Positions 13,039 to 24,394 of a stretch of DNA of 64,000 nucleotides are shown in pieces. Each line of letters begins with the position of its first letter. Position 1 is the stretch's first letter. The stretch covers positions 23,559,899-23,623,898 of the forward strand of contig OZ316891.1 in the NCBI GenBank assembly GCA_973895155.1, given 5' to 3'. Source of the DNA: Marsupella aquatica (lineage: Eukaryota; Plantae; Marchantiophyta). A program made the position numbers and the translations under genes. Below the pieces are notes generated by a model. It ran no database searches, was not told the origin of the DNA, and was given only the letters and a program-made list of their open reading frames with translations.

Positions 13039-16000
13039 ATGGAGGTATTCCCCTCTTCTTCCAGAGGGTATAGTGCGGTTCATGACCAGGAGCGAGCTTA
13101 TTCTGAATCTTCGCAGTCTTCGTTTACTGGTTCAGTCTATACACGTCGTGTAACTCGTTCCTCAAAGTTGTTGCCGCTCACTTCTGTCAGCGGTGTTTTG
13201 GGTCCAAATCCTTTGCGAAGAAAGATGGACAACGTAGACACACTGGCGATCCAGGATGTTGCGGATTGCGTGCTTGCTGAGATTGATCTCATTTCAAAAC
13301 ATGTCATGTCTTTTGGAAAGGATTCTCATGGATTTGACAAGGAGCCGCCTTGAATCCCTCTGTGTCGATTGGTTCACATGGAGGTGGTTCATACTCTGCA
13401 GAAAGACAGCTCTTCCATCGAGAAGCTGAAAGACTCTTTTCGTAGTATGGGTTACAACTCTTCGATAGGGATGCGTTTCTATGTGCAGCCAACGGATGAG
13501 AACGGAATTGTTCTGACCTGTACCCAGGACATTCGTGATTCATGGGATCCAATATGGCAATTGGAGAACGAGAAGTTTGAGGCTGAATGCGAGGCTGACC
13601 CAGATTTTCTCGTCTTGAAGGATAAGATGTTCTCTGTATTCGATGGAAATCACAGGCTGTACTCCTGGACGCTTGTAACAGAGGAGAACCCGGACAATCC
13701 AAAATATCATCCTCGTGTGCTCTGTACAATATTTAAAGGAGACAAGGGATCTCTCATTGAAATTGAGGCAGCTATGCACACCGTGAATCAGTAAGTTCTC
13801 ATGATTTCCAGTTCTTTCCTTAAATCTTGCGAGTGCTGTATTTACTAGCGCTCGGCGCTGCTTATACATGAATTGTTTTTCATTGACTCTTACTCTCAAC
13901 GTTTGTTTGTGTAGGCTTGGCCAAGCAGTTGTAGAGCCTTCCTGGATCCTGGATGCGGACAGAATCAAACGAATTCTGGCGCATGACCTTGAGTATTACA
14001 GTAAACTGATTGACCCGGGTAATTTCAAGAAGTTTGAAAGCATTCGGCTGAAAACTCGGAAGGGGTCATGGTATACGAAGAAGATGCCACAAGAAGCACT
14101 TGTTTACATTCTTTGTGAGAATAAGATAAAGTCGTACTCGCATCAATTCAAACTCGACATGGAGGCAGTGGAGGCTCAAGGGAGTCCATGGTTGGCGGAC
14201 GAGATTTCAAAACGGCATGCGGCCATGATGAAAGACGCAACCAAAGATTGGGCAGTGAAGTCTTCAAAAATTACGCCCTTATTAAGTCATGAATTTGAAG
14301 ATTTCCTCAGTACATGTGCAGAAATGTATGTTGTCACATAGAGAAACAAGAGAGAGAAGAAGCCTGACACCGTTGTATGTACGATGGACCGTGCACGATT
14401 GTTCACCGCTGTTTCTGCTCTAGACCCAAAGTTACGAAGCACTTTACTTGTGGCACATTGCAATCCTGAGCTGCGGAGACAGTTTTTTCACCCAGCAAGT
14501 GTTAACGATGATCTAGTCAAACAGTGGTGCCACACTTGGATCACTTGGAATAGTGTGGAGGGAATTGTTGCTGGCATGTTACATTCATGTCTACGTGAAG
14601 TTGAGCAAACCATGCCCGCGAATAGATTGGAAGAGTGGAATTGTAGTTCGTTTGATGATCTAGTTCAGTTTGTTACAAATGAATTCAAGAGATTTGGTGA
14701 TTCCATGAAGAATAAGTTCTTTCACACTATGTGGCCTTCAAAGTACCCTGACAAAGAAGATTACACCCAGAGAAACCAGAAGCGAGCGAAGAGGTTTGTG
14801 TATAGGTTCTACATGCACATGGAGGTAACCAAACCTGATTACTTCTGGGCATATCCTGCAGCTTTTATGAAGTGGATTTCAATAAGTGAAGATGATGCCT
14901 TGGCTGATTTGTACTCTATGTACCCCACGGAGGGCATATTTCCTCCGAGACCAATGACAAAATGGGAGAGAACTCACTGCCCCTGGTATCTAGATACAGA
15001 TAGATGGGATTCTCCTTTTGATCAAAGGGAAAAAGATGCCTTCCATAAGCTTTCAAAGTCTCAGATGCCAGCAAAACTTGTGTCCGACATGAAGCAGGGT
15101 CTACTTGACGATGTAGACAAGTCTGCCACAAACTTGCAAACTATCTGTGAAACAACTGTTGTGCATGTGGACCGGAGTCGCAAACCTCACGCGAAAGCCA
15201 AAGCGGAGCTAGCAGCACCGAGCAAGTCTACTAAATCTGGAAAGAAGAGTAAGTATTGCTATCCATGATTTTGCCAGCGCCAGGCGCTGGCAAAAAATAT
15301 TTTGTTGAGGGTTGTTCTCTTTCTTGGTTATTAGGCTTCGGTTGCGACTTAAGTGAATTGCATTTGGTTAGCGTCAGGCGCTAGCTTCTTTCAATACTTT
15401 AAAAGTACTTATTCTAACTACAACCTGGTTATATTTTAGGAGGGAGGAAGTCTAATACGGTGGAAACGGGAGATACGAAAAAGGATGCTACACCTGAAGT
15501 TTCCGAGGCAAACACGGGAGCTCGATCGGACCCCATTACTCCAGTCGACAAAGCGAAGGTTATAGTTTCTATCGACGCCACGAGTACCAGGAAGAAACGA
15601 AAGAGAGCTGTCGAAGGTGGACAATCTTTAAGGGAGAGTGTTATAGCTTCTGGTTTCCAACGTGAAGTTGGAAACTTCAAAACAACTGTGTCTCGCCATT
15701 GCATGGTTGAGACAAGCCTTTCTGAATTTTTTGACTCGACCTTCAACAAGGAGGAGAAGCCCGAGTGGGTTAGTGATGTGGAGAAATGGGGAAAGGACCT
15801 CGTTAAGTTGGGATTTAAAGAGAAGGGAGTTGTTCGGGGGGGAAAAGTAAGATCGTTTGGAGTGGATGCCGGCTTCATTTACCTACCGATCGGGTTCAAA
15901 CCATCTATCATTGATAAGAAGGTTCCTAAATGGAACATTCCAGATCACTCAATGGCTAGATCTTTTTTCAAATCCATGGATCCATTTTTATCAAATGATG

Positions 16001-17130
16001 GGTTCCTTGTAATTCTACACAATGGGGAGTACGATCCCATGTCGCAAGTCATTGCTGCCTGTCAGGAGTCAAGGAAATTTCAGTGTATATGCTCGCATAA
16101 TGTTGTGATGTCTGACCCGATGTATGCGGCAAAGACAAACCAAGAGATGTTTACCCTCAGGCTCGACATATTTGGCCGAATTAATGGGAAATGTAAAATT
16201 CCCAAAGACCCCAAATTTTGGCCGCTGTCCATCAGTGAGGACCCTTTCGTTACCAATTTGATCGGACTCTCTTCGCTCAAATCAGATCCATTCCCGCAAA
16301 TGGAGTTTGCTGGAAATGCTCGTCTGTCTGTGGGTTTTATGCAATCTGTTATAGAGCTTGTCACACGACCTCGTGATATTTTTATGGATTGGACTGCTGG
16401 GGCTGGAAGCTCTTACATTGCTGGCGACTTCTCTGGACGATTTGTACTCGGGATAGAACACCGGAAAGAATTTATTGAAACCGCTTCAAAGGTTTTCATG
16501 GATTTGTTGTCTCCCAAAGAGATTGCAGTGTTACCTCCACCTGTTCCTACTGCCGACAGAAAAAAGAGAGATAAGCTTCGGTCGGTTCTCAATTTTGATT
16601 CTGATGATGAATCGAGTGAAGGTGGAGAGGAACAAGGTACAAGAAACTCCGAGGAGGAAAAGGAAGAGCGTCGTGCAGCTGCAGATGAAACCGATAGTGA
16701 TGACTCTTCCGAGTAATGTTCATAAACTCGTAAGCTTCTTTCTCCATTCCCGTCAATTCATAACATTTCTTTTGTTGTTTTGGGGAAAGGCGCCTTACAA
16801 AATGGACTTTGTTATATCAGGTCAGAGTGGAATGCAAGGAGACGATTCAAACTGCGGAGGAAGATCGCGAGACACAACGTAGAAACACCAGAAAAACTGT
16901 TTGTTCTTCCCTCCTATGCAAAGAAAGCCGCAAGGAAAGCAGAAAGTGCAAGGACACTTTGTTGGGAAAACAAAGGTCTTTGGTTACGAAGGGGTGTTGA
17001 CCGAAAGTTCATTAAACATCCTTATGTTGATGACTTCTCCCGCAGCCAATACGTAGATGATGAGGCTGTGTCCACGGACAGATCCCAGAGTACAGATTCT
17101 GGTTCCGACTCAGAATCTTTGGAACCGTGA
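13039..17130 (+). pseudogene. 4-exon gene, ~1220 aa: ParB/Srx-like domain plus beta-class N4/N6 DNA-methyltransferase-like domain; two in-frame stops (13351, 14339)
   Basis: Exons 13039-13790, 13915-15248, 15440-16712, 16821-17130 joined in frame by GT-AG introns; VFDGNHRL at 13642; FMQSVIELVTRPRDIFMDWTAGAGSS..GRFVLGIE resembles N6_N4_Mtase motifs X-I-II. Confidence 0.72.
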
Positions 17131-17439
17131 GAAGTAGTGGGTAGTTGAGGCTAAATCTTTTAGCAGCGCCCGATGCTTGTAACATCTGTATTATTTCCCT
17201 CTGCTGAGGGTCCTTTTAAATTGTTGATTTCTCTCTACTTGTTGATTACTTTTGACTTCTGTTCTTTACAAGCGCCTGGCACTCGCCAAATGGAATCTCT
17301 AAATGGCCGTTTAGTCTTTGTCGTTTCCTGTCAACGGTCATCGTCATTGGATACCAACTGCCATTTGGATTGTGTTCTTTAGTCAGTCGTCGGAAAGCCG
17401 TTGGGGACCATAGTTTCGGGATGATGATTTCATAGTTTA

Positions 17440-17790
17440 GGGACCGGGCGGAAGGGACGACTATAGTTTCAGTTTAGGTTTGTTCGGGACGACGAGAGTT
17501 GGGGACGTTGATAGTTGAGGACAACGATAGTTTCGGGAGGACGATAGAACGGGACGATAGAACGGGACAATAGAACGGGATGATAGAACGGGAGGGGAGA
17601 CTTTGTTTTGGGAGGACGATAGAACGTGACGATAGAACGGGACGATAGTTTGTTTGGGAAGACTTTGTTTCGGGGAAGACGATAGAACGAGACGTTAGAG
17701 CAGGGCGATAGAACGGGACGATACCTGTTACCAAGGCGAAGATAGTTTTGGGAGGCAATAGAATGGGATGATGATAGTTTGATGGTCGTT
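17440..17790 (+). repeat. Degenerate tandem array, core GACGATAGAACGG
   Basis: Many 13-bp-type units visible directly. Confidence 0.85.
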
Positions 17791-17950
17791 TTGGAACGGT
17801 AGTGTACGCGGACCTTTATCTGGTGTCTTAGTCTTTGCGGACCTTTCTTTGACCTTTGTCGGCTATAGCACTCGCGGACGACGTTCTTACGGGAGGAGAG
17901 GTTACATATTAGATCAGGATCTTTGAAACATGGCGAGTTAGTATGAGCCA

Positions 17951-18391
17951 ATGGATTGGGAGGCAGCTTTTCGTCCTTCTCGTGTGCGTCCGGAAGAGAG
18001 CCATTTTAGCTCTTTTGAATCGCGGATGGAGACTAAAGAAACTGAAACTTCCACTTTTTGGAACCGTCATGCTCTCCCGTATGATGAGGCTATTAGTCCT
18101 GGAGAGAAGAACATCCCTTGGATTGTCGATTCCCCTGCGCCTCCGTTCTCTAGTCGGTTTTCGTCTCACCCGGGAGTTCTTGTTGATGGGGTACTCCCAA
18201 TCGATCGAAGAGTACAAGAAATGTTTGGGCGAGTTGATTTTAAGGACAGTAATATTCCTATTGAACATTTTACGAGGGCTGTTCATCGAGGACCTTTAGA
18301 GGGATACGTTCGTTTGCGTGGTCTCGGCTTCAAGAAAGATCGGCGGAGAGAAGCAGCAGGAGTGGATGATGATTGCAACTCGGAAAGCTAG
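17951..18391 (+). CDS. Small MULE-borne ORF of unknown function (146 aa)
   Basis: Protein-level conservation with the copy at 23942-24394 (SRVRP.ESHFSSFES, LPYDEAIS.GE.NIPW, LRGLGFKK, AGVDDDC). Confidence 0.65.
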   Translation: MDWEAAFRPSRVRPEESHFSSFESRMETKETETSTFWNRHALPYDEAISPGEKNIPWIVDSPAPPFSSRFSSHPGVLVDGVLPIDRRVQEMFGRVDFKDSNIPIEHFTRAVHRGPLEGYVRLRGLGFKKDRRREAAGVDDDCNSES

Positions 18392-20039
18392 ATGGAAATT
18401 TCGTTTTGCTGATCGCTTTAAGCTAGCGCCGGGCGCTGCTAAAGTTTTCCGGATTTTGTGGCATTGAAGTCGACCTCAGCTCTGGCGTTAGAGTTTTCCC
18501 GGTTGTCTACTATTTAGGTTTTGGCTAGCGCCGGGCGCTATTGAAACGACAACGGATTTTGTGGGAGGGAATGGATCTTGACTATGTTGTCTAGGTTTGG
18601 ACGCATCTTGTCTCCAAGAAACGACTAGTTTTCTAGTTAGTTTTTGGCTAGCGCCGAGCGCTGTTCATGTATTAGTCGAAAACCTCCAACGGTGTCGACG
18701 GTGACTTCATGGATGGGATTTTTAGGCCAGATTGTTGATGTTGATAACTGCATTTTGTATCACTTAAGCCGAGCGCGTTTTCTATTTTGCGATAATATAT
18801 GCGAATGTTTATTCCGGCCTTTCTTTTCTACTTGTATTTGTCTTGGATTTTGTGTATCTCAATTGGCAGCCGTCTTTTATGTTTCAAAAAATTGTTTCCG
18901 TGTTGTTCTTTATTTATCACGAGGGTTTGGTGGTTTTGTTTTCTATTCTTGTACTTTCAAATGGAGATTTTGAGACCTTTTTTTAAGATCACTGTTCACG
19001 ACCATCCAAACACTGTTCACTGGTAACAGCTCCTTTTAACTGGTACCAGTTGCTATTTCCTATTACTGTTATCTGTTTGCTGTCGTTTGTAAATTCCCCC
19101 CTAACGGCGGTCTACCCCAGATTGCAATGAGGCCCGGCCTCACGCTTGCCCTGCAAGCTCCGCTCTGGCCATAGATCCCTTAGTGCTCTCCACCAGACAA
19201 AGGCCAGGACTCCCCATGGATCACGTAGCCTTGCCAAACTGAACTGTAAATGCTCCTCCTGCTGCCCCTCAATCAATGTCTCCTCCTCCCTAATGTACTC
19301 ACCACAAATCAAATCGACATCCTCCCCACAGTTTACAATCACCAATACATCACCTATCACCAAGGCTCTGTATCGGGGGAAAAGAACCCAGTTGTGCTGC
19401 CCACTAGAAAGAGCCACAATCCAGCTCGCAAACCTAGCAACCCGTTGCTGTGAAGCTTGGCTGATTACTCCCTGAGTAATAGCACCACCAAGCTCTCCCC
19501 AACACGCAGCGTCCAAGTCCAGCCTTGCTTGCACAGAGCTCCTCCCTGCTGCTCAGTCTAAGTGAGATCACACAACTGAAGTCCCCCCTGCCTCTACCGG
19601 GGGGCTGCTCTATATACTCTCTCCTTGAGCCCAAATGGGTGGATGCTACGCTGCTGGAGCCCCATCCCAGCCCTAACAGAGCCGCCACTATCTCTAACTA
19701 CTGAACCCTAACTCGCAGCTTTATTTCTATCTCAAATTGGCTATGTACTTTGGATTTGGCCCTCCTCCATGGTTTTTGCGAGCTTGCGCCTCCTCTCCTG
19801 ATTTCTCTATTCAACCATTTGCTGCGTGGATAGCAGCGTTGGAAGTGGCTTGAGCTCCTCTTTCCAACGAGGTCAATTATAGCCGATTTGGTCAAATACA
19901 CAGAGAGTTATGCCCCCGCAACCAAGAGGGGGTACTCACTCCTGCACTAACTCGAGTTACATAGCTAGCCCGAGTTTGGCTAACCTAGCTATCCTATCTA
20001 ACCCGAGTAGAGCTAACCCGTGGTGTCGGGTTAGGCCGC

Positions 20040-20390
20040 TACCCGCTACCCGCTATCCGCTATCCGCTATCCGCTATCCGCTAACCTAGCCTAAGCTGAG
20101 CCTGAACCCAAGCTTACCTATGCTAACCTGAGCCTGAGTTTAGGCTAACCCGCGTTAAGTCTAACCCGGGATCAATCTAGTCCGAACCCGGGTTAAGCCT
20201 AAGCTGAAGCCGTGCTTACCTGAGCTAAGCTGAAGCCGCGCTGACCTGAGCTAAGCTAAAGCCGTGCTGACCTGAGCTAAGCTGAAGCTGTGCTGACTTG
20301 AGCTAAGCTGAAGCCGTGCTTACTTGAGCTAAGCTAAAGCCGTGCTGACCTGAGCTAAGCTGAAGCCATGCTCACATAAGCTAAGCCGTG
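20040..20390. repeat. Tandem repeats: (CCGCTAT)n, then ~26-bp TGAGCTAAGCTGAAGCCGTGCTGACC units
   Basis: About 6-7 visible 26-bp units at about 20195-20390. Confidence 0.9.
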
Positions 20391-20619
20391 GTCGAGCTTG
20401 GGTTAACCCGAAACTGAAGCCGAATCCGCTAATTCCGGCCACAAGTTAACCCGTCACACTAATCAGGCCGTATCTTTCTTAATACACCTCCGTTTCTCGA
20501 GTGTTTTCTATCGATTTTACTCGCCTTGACCAGATCTTTCCAATGCTCTTTACAGATCCGGATTTGGTGACATATTGAAAGAGATGTGATCATCAATCAC
20601 CCGCGACATAGCTTTTATT

Positions 20620-20754
20620 TCCCTACTCTTAACGTCATGATTGCCCTCATTCTTGCCATCTTGCTAATTGTTATGCAATATCAATAGCTACTCCTTGCAT
20701 ACAGCAACCTACTTAATCAGATTACAAAATAAGAACCATGTCATTGGCGTCACA
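20620..20754 (-). repeat. LTR-like terminus fragment (family E)
   Basis: Closely similar to 48061-48196; both end in GGCGTCACA (TGTGACGCC on minus); truncates MULE copy 2. Confidence 0.65.
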
Positions 20755-23300
20755 TGAATCTTTCAAAGCTCTCATTGATATAGTTACGAATGATTTCAAG
20801 AGATACGGAGACTCGGTGAAGAGTAAGTTTTTTAATACAATGTGGCCCTCAAAGTATCCGGACAAAGAGGACTATTCTTTCAAGAACCAGAAGCGAGCAA
20901 AAAGGTACCTCTACTGATTTTACATCCACATGGAAGTAACTAGACCTGATTACTTCTGGGCATATCCTGCCACCTTTCAGAAGTGGACAGAAATATCAGA
21001 AGGCGACAATTTATCTGATTTGTACTCTATGTACCCCGCGGAGGGAATTTTCCCAGCGAAACCTTTAAGTGAATGGGAGAGAACCCACTGTCCATGGTAC
21101 CTAGATACAGACAGATGGGACTCGCCCTTTGATCACCGAGAAAAGGATGCTTTCCACAAGCTCTCTAAGTCCCAGATACCAGTCAATATTGTTTCTGACA
21201 TGAAGCAGGGACTAGCAGACGATGTAGATAAGTCCACAACAGAATTGCAAATGAATTGTGAGACCACAGTTGTTCACGTTGACCGAAGCCAAAAGCCTCG
21301 CGCAAAAGGGAAAGCTGATACTACTGTCCCAAGTGAATCAACAAGGTTCGGGAAAAAATATAAGTATAATTTGTAGTTCTTTGGTTAGCGCCTGGTGCTG
21401 CTATGCCATTCAATATATGTTAGATTTCATTTGTCTCATTTGTTCCATGAATATATATATATATATATTATATTTGCTTCCATCTCTTCAAGAAATTTGG
21501 CCAGCGCCGGGCGTTAGTATACTTTGCATTTTCCATCCGCTCAAATTCTAACATCGCCTTCCATTTGAGCAGGGAGAAAGTCAAACGCCATAGGCAGCGG
21601 CGATACAAAGATAGATGCCACCCCAGAGGCATCTGAAGCCAATACAGGGCCTCCATCTGACCCACTTACACCCGTCGAGAAAGGGAAGTCAATTGCTCCA
21701 GTAGATGCGATTAGTACTAGAAAGAAGCGAAAAAGGGCAATTGAAGGTGGATCATCCTCCGCTCGGGAAAGTGCGGCTGCAACAGGTGTTCAACGAGAAG
21801 TTGGTCAAAAACACTCTTTCAAGGCATTGCATGGTTGAGTCTAGCATCTCTGAATTCTATGACACAACGTTCAACAAAGAGGAGAAGCCTGACTGGGTAA
21901 ATGGTGTAGAGAAATGGGCAAAGGACCTCATGAAGTCGGGATATCGAGACAAGGGAATTGTCAATGGGGGGAAGGAAAGATCATTTGGAGTACACGCAGG
22001 ATTCATTTACCTTCCTACTGGTCTGAAACCATTGCTGCTAGATAGAAAAGTCTCGAAATGGAATACCCCCGACCACACACTGGCAACATCGTTCTTTCAT
22101 GGAATGGACCCATTTTTATCAGATGACGGAATGCTAGCAGTTTTGCATAATGGGGAGTACGATCCTATGTCTCAGGTTATATCCGCATGTCAAGAATCAA
22201 AGAAGTTTCATTGCATCTCAACACACAATGTTGTTATTTCAGTTCCTATGTATGCTCCAAAGACTGACCGACAGGTAAATTCCAAGTCGTGATCTCTGTT
22301 TTTAACACTCAAGAATGTGTATGAATGCATGGAATGACATATCATTCTTGGTTTATCTCGCAGATATTCACGCTCAGGTTAGACGTCTTTTGCCGAGTAT
22401 CTCATAAAGGGAAAGTACCCAAGGACTTGAGGTTTAGACCTCTGTCTGTTATAGAAGATCCCTCCATCACTAATTTAATTGGGTTTCCCACTCTCAATAT
22501 AGATCCAACACCTGAGATGGAATTCGTAGGGAATGCCCGTTTGTCGGTTGGATTCATGCAGTCTGTGATAGAGCTCATCACTCGTCCTCGGGACATTTTC
22601 ATAGATTGGACAGTTGGTTCGAGTAGCTCTTTTGTAGCCGGAGACTATTTTGGGAGGTTTGTAATTGGACTGGAGAATCGGAAGGATTTCCTTGAAACTG
22701 GTTCCAAGGTGTTCTTAAATCTACTCTCTTCTAAGGAAGAAGAAACCTTGCCTCCCCCAATTCAACCACCGGAAAAGAAAAAGAGGGACAAGCTCTGGTC
22801 TGTACTTAATTTTGACTCCGATGATGAGTCAAGTGGGGGGACAGCAGATGAAGTGGACGGGGAGACAACTCAGGGGGGGTAAGGAGCAATCTGCTGGCGA
22901 GAGTGATAGCGATGACTCTTCCAAGTAATGTTCTGAAACTCGTAAGCTTCTTTCTCTTTTCCAGCTCCTTCATGCATTTTTTACTATTCATTGTATCTTT
23001 CAATTGGTTGTCTTACTTGGTTATCTACCCAGGTCCGAATGAAATACCAGAAAGCGCTTCCAACTCAGAAGAAAAGTTTCACGTTTTGAAATGGATACAT
23101 CGAAGAAACCATTTGTTTTGCCGTCTTACGCTGAGAACGCTGCGAGGAAGGAGGATAGTCAAAGGACTCTGTGCTGGAAAAACAAAGGTCTCCGCCTTCG
23201 AAGAGGAGTTGACAGAAAGTTTGTTAGAAACCCGTATATAGATGACTTTTCTAAGAGCAAGTATGTCGATGACGAAGCAGTCCCTCCCGACAGATCATAG
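20755..23300 (+). pseudogene. C-terminal half of the ParB-MTase-like gene, diverged paralog
   Basis: MEVTRPDYFWAYP, GFIYLPTG and FMQSVIELITRPRDIFIDWTVGSSSS align with copy 1; stops, frameshifts and a mutated donor at about 21360. Confidence 0.85.
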
Positions 23301-23774
23301 AGCTCTGGATCAGAATCTGAAACTGATAATTGATGTATTTTTCTTTTCCAGATTTTACTAGCGCCGGGTGCTGTTATGAAAAGACATGTATTTCATTTCA
23401 TATGCTCATAATAAAAATCTAAAAACCACTTGTTGTCTTCAGTAGCACCGGGCGCTATTATCGAGGTACATGTATTTCTTATATAAAAGGTTTTAAATTG
23501 GTCTCTTCGTTTAGTAGCGTCGGGTGCTCCCCAAATGTGCAAAGTTTTCCATGAACCTTTACATCATAATATTGTTCATGCGTTCTGTCGCCATCCTGTT
23601 GCCATCCGTATATTGTCGTTACCTAATTAAGTTGGGTCTGTTTCAAAATAATCGTGTCGCAATTTGATTGTTTACTCAACGGTCCTCTGCCCGTTGAAGT
23701 TCGCATGTTACGGGTGTCCACCGATGACCGTCCTTTGGTAGTCACTATGTCAACCTTTTGGAGACGGTCGAGAA

Positions 23775-23910
23775 AGGTGCGGACATTGTCGATAAATGTG
23801 CGGACATTGTCAATCTGGTTGCAGACTTTAGGGAAGGTGCGAACGTTGTCGAGCTGGGTGCGGACGTTAAGGTGCAGATGTTGTCGACCTGCGTGTGGAC
23901 ATTGTCAAGC
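23775..23910 (+). repeat. Degenerate tandem array, core GTGCGGACATTGTC
   Basis: About 6 visible units. Confidence 0.75.
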
Positions 23911-23941
23911 TAGGTGCGACCACATGGAGAGGAGGGAACCA

Positions 23942-24394
23942 ATGTTGTTGGACGAGATGCTTGCCTTCTTCAGTGCTTCCCGAGTTCGACCGGTGGAGAG
24001 CCACTTCAGCTCCTTCGAATCAGTTTGTGTCGACATTGAGACCGAGACATCAACTTTTCAGAACTGTAATTCTCTTCCTTACGACGAGGCAATTAGTCTT
24101 GGGGAGAGAAATATTCCGTGGACTGGTGACCGACAGACTCCACGCAAATTTGACGATCGGTTCTCGTTTCATCAAGTCGTTCCTGCTGATGGTCAGCAGC
24201 CCATTGAACGTCGTGTGCAAGAGCAATTGGGGCGCGTTGACTTCCTTGATGCAAATTTTGTGGGCCCTGGCCAAGCTCATGGTGAGCATTGAGTTCCCTC
24301 TTCCAATTATATTCGGCTCAGGGGTTTAGGATTCAAGAAAAACTACAAGCGGGCGAGGGCGGGAGTCGATGATGACTGTCAATCACAGAGCTAA
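23942..24394 (+). pseudogene. Paralog of the small MULE ORF, stop at about 24290
   Basis: Aligns to 17951-18391. Confidence 0.7.

Larger units (their letters stand above)
8212..18663. repeat. Dispersed 15-bp palindrome YAGCGCCNGGCGCTR, 14 clear copies
   Basis: Starts at 8212, 9900, 10034, 12356, 12419, 12554, 12702, 12764, 13846, 15275, 15369, 18424, 18526, 18649; degenerate copies at about 17164 and 17270. Confidence 0.9.
7617..19101. mobile_element. Mutator-like DNA transposon (11.5 kb) with transposase, ParB-MTase-like gene and a small third ORF
   Basis: Imperfect TIRs: GGGGG..GACAGAAAACAGAAAACAG versus reverse complement GGGGGG..GACAGCAAACAGATAACAG; subterminal CTGTTACC repeats; the right end recurs at 25271; flanks CTAAT / CTAAC. 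Confidence 0.8.
7150..20458 (-). mobile_element. Probable older LTR remnant (family D), split by the MULE; real pieces are 7150-7616 and 19102-20458
   Basis: Minus-strand TGTGACGGG terminus at 20458, TATATA at about 19612, shared CCAGATTG and CTTGCCCTGCAAGC motifs on both sides of the MULE. Confidence 0.45.

Noticed and set aside
7617-19101. PIF/Harbinger assignment from G-rich TIRs, TAA flank and two-gene layout
   Set aside because: The transposase has MULE/SWIM motifs and the second gene has no Myb/SANT domain
20195-20390. CRISPR-like array
   Set aside because: Head-to-tail repeats with no unique spacers, no cas genes, eukaryotic TE context; the same applies to 49040-49350 and 56857-56960
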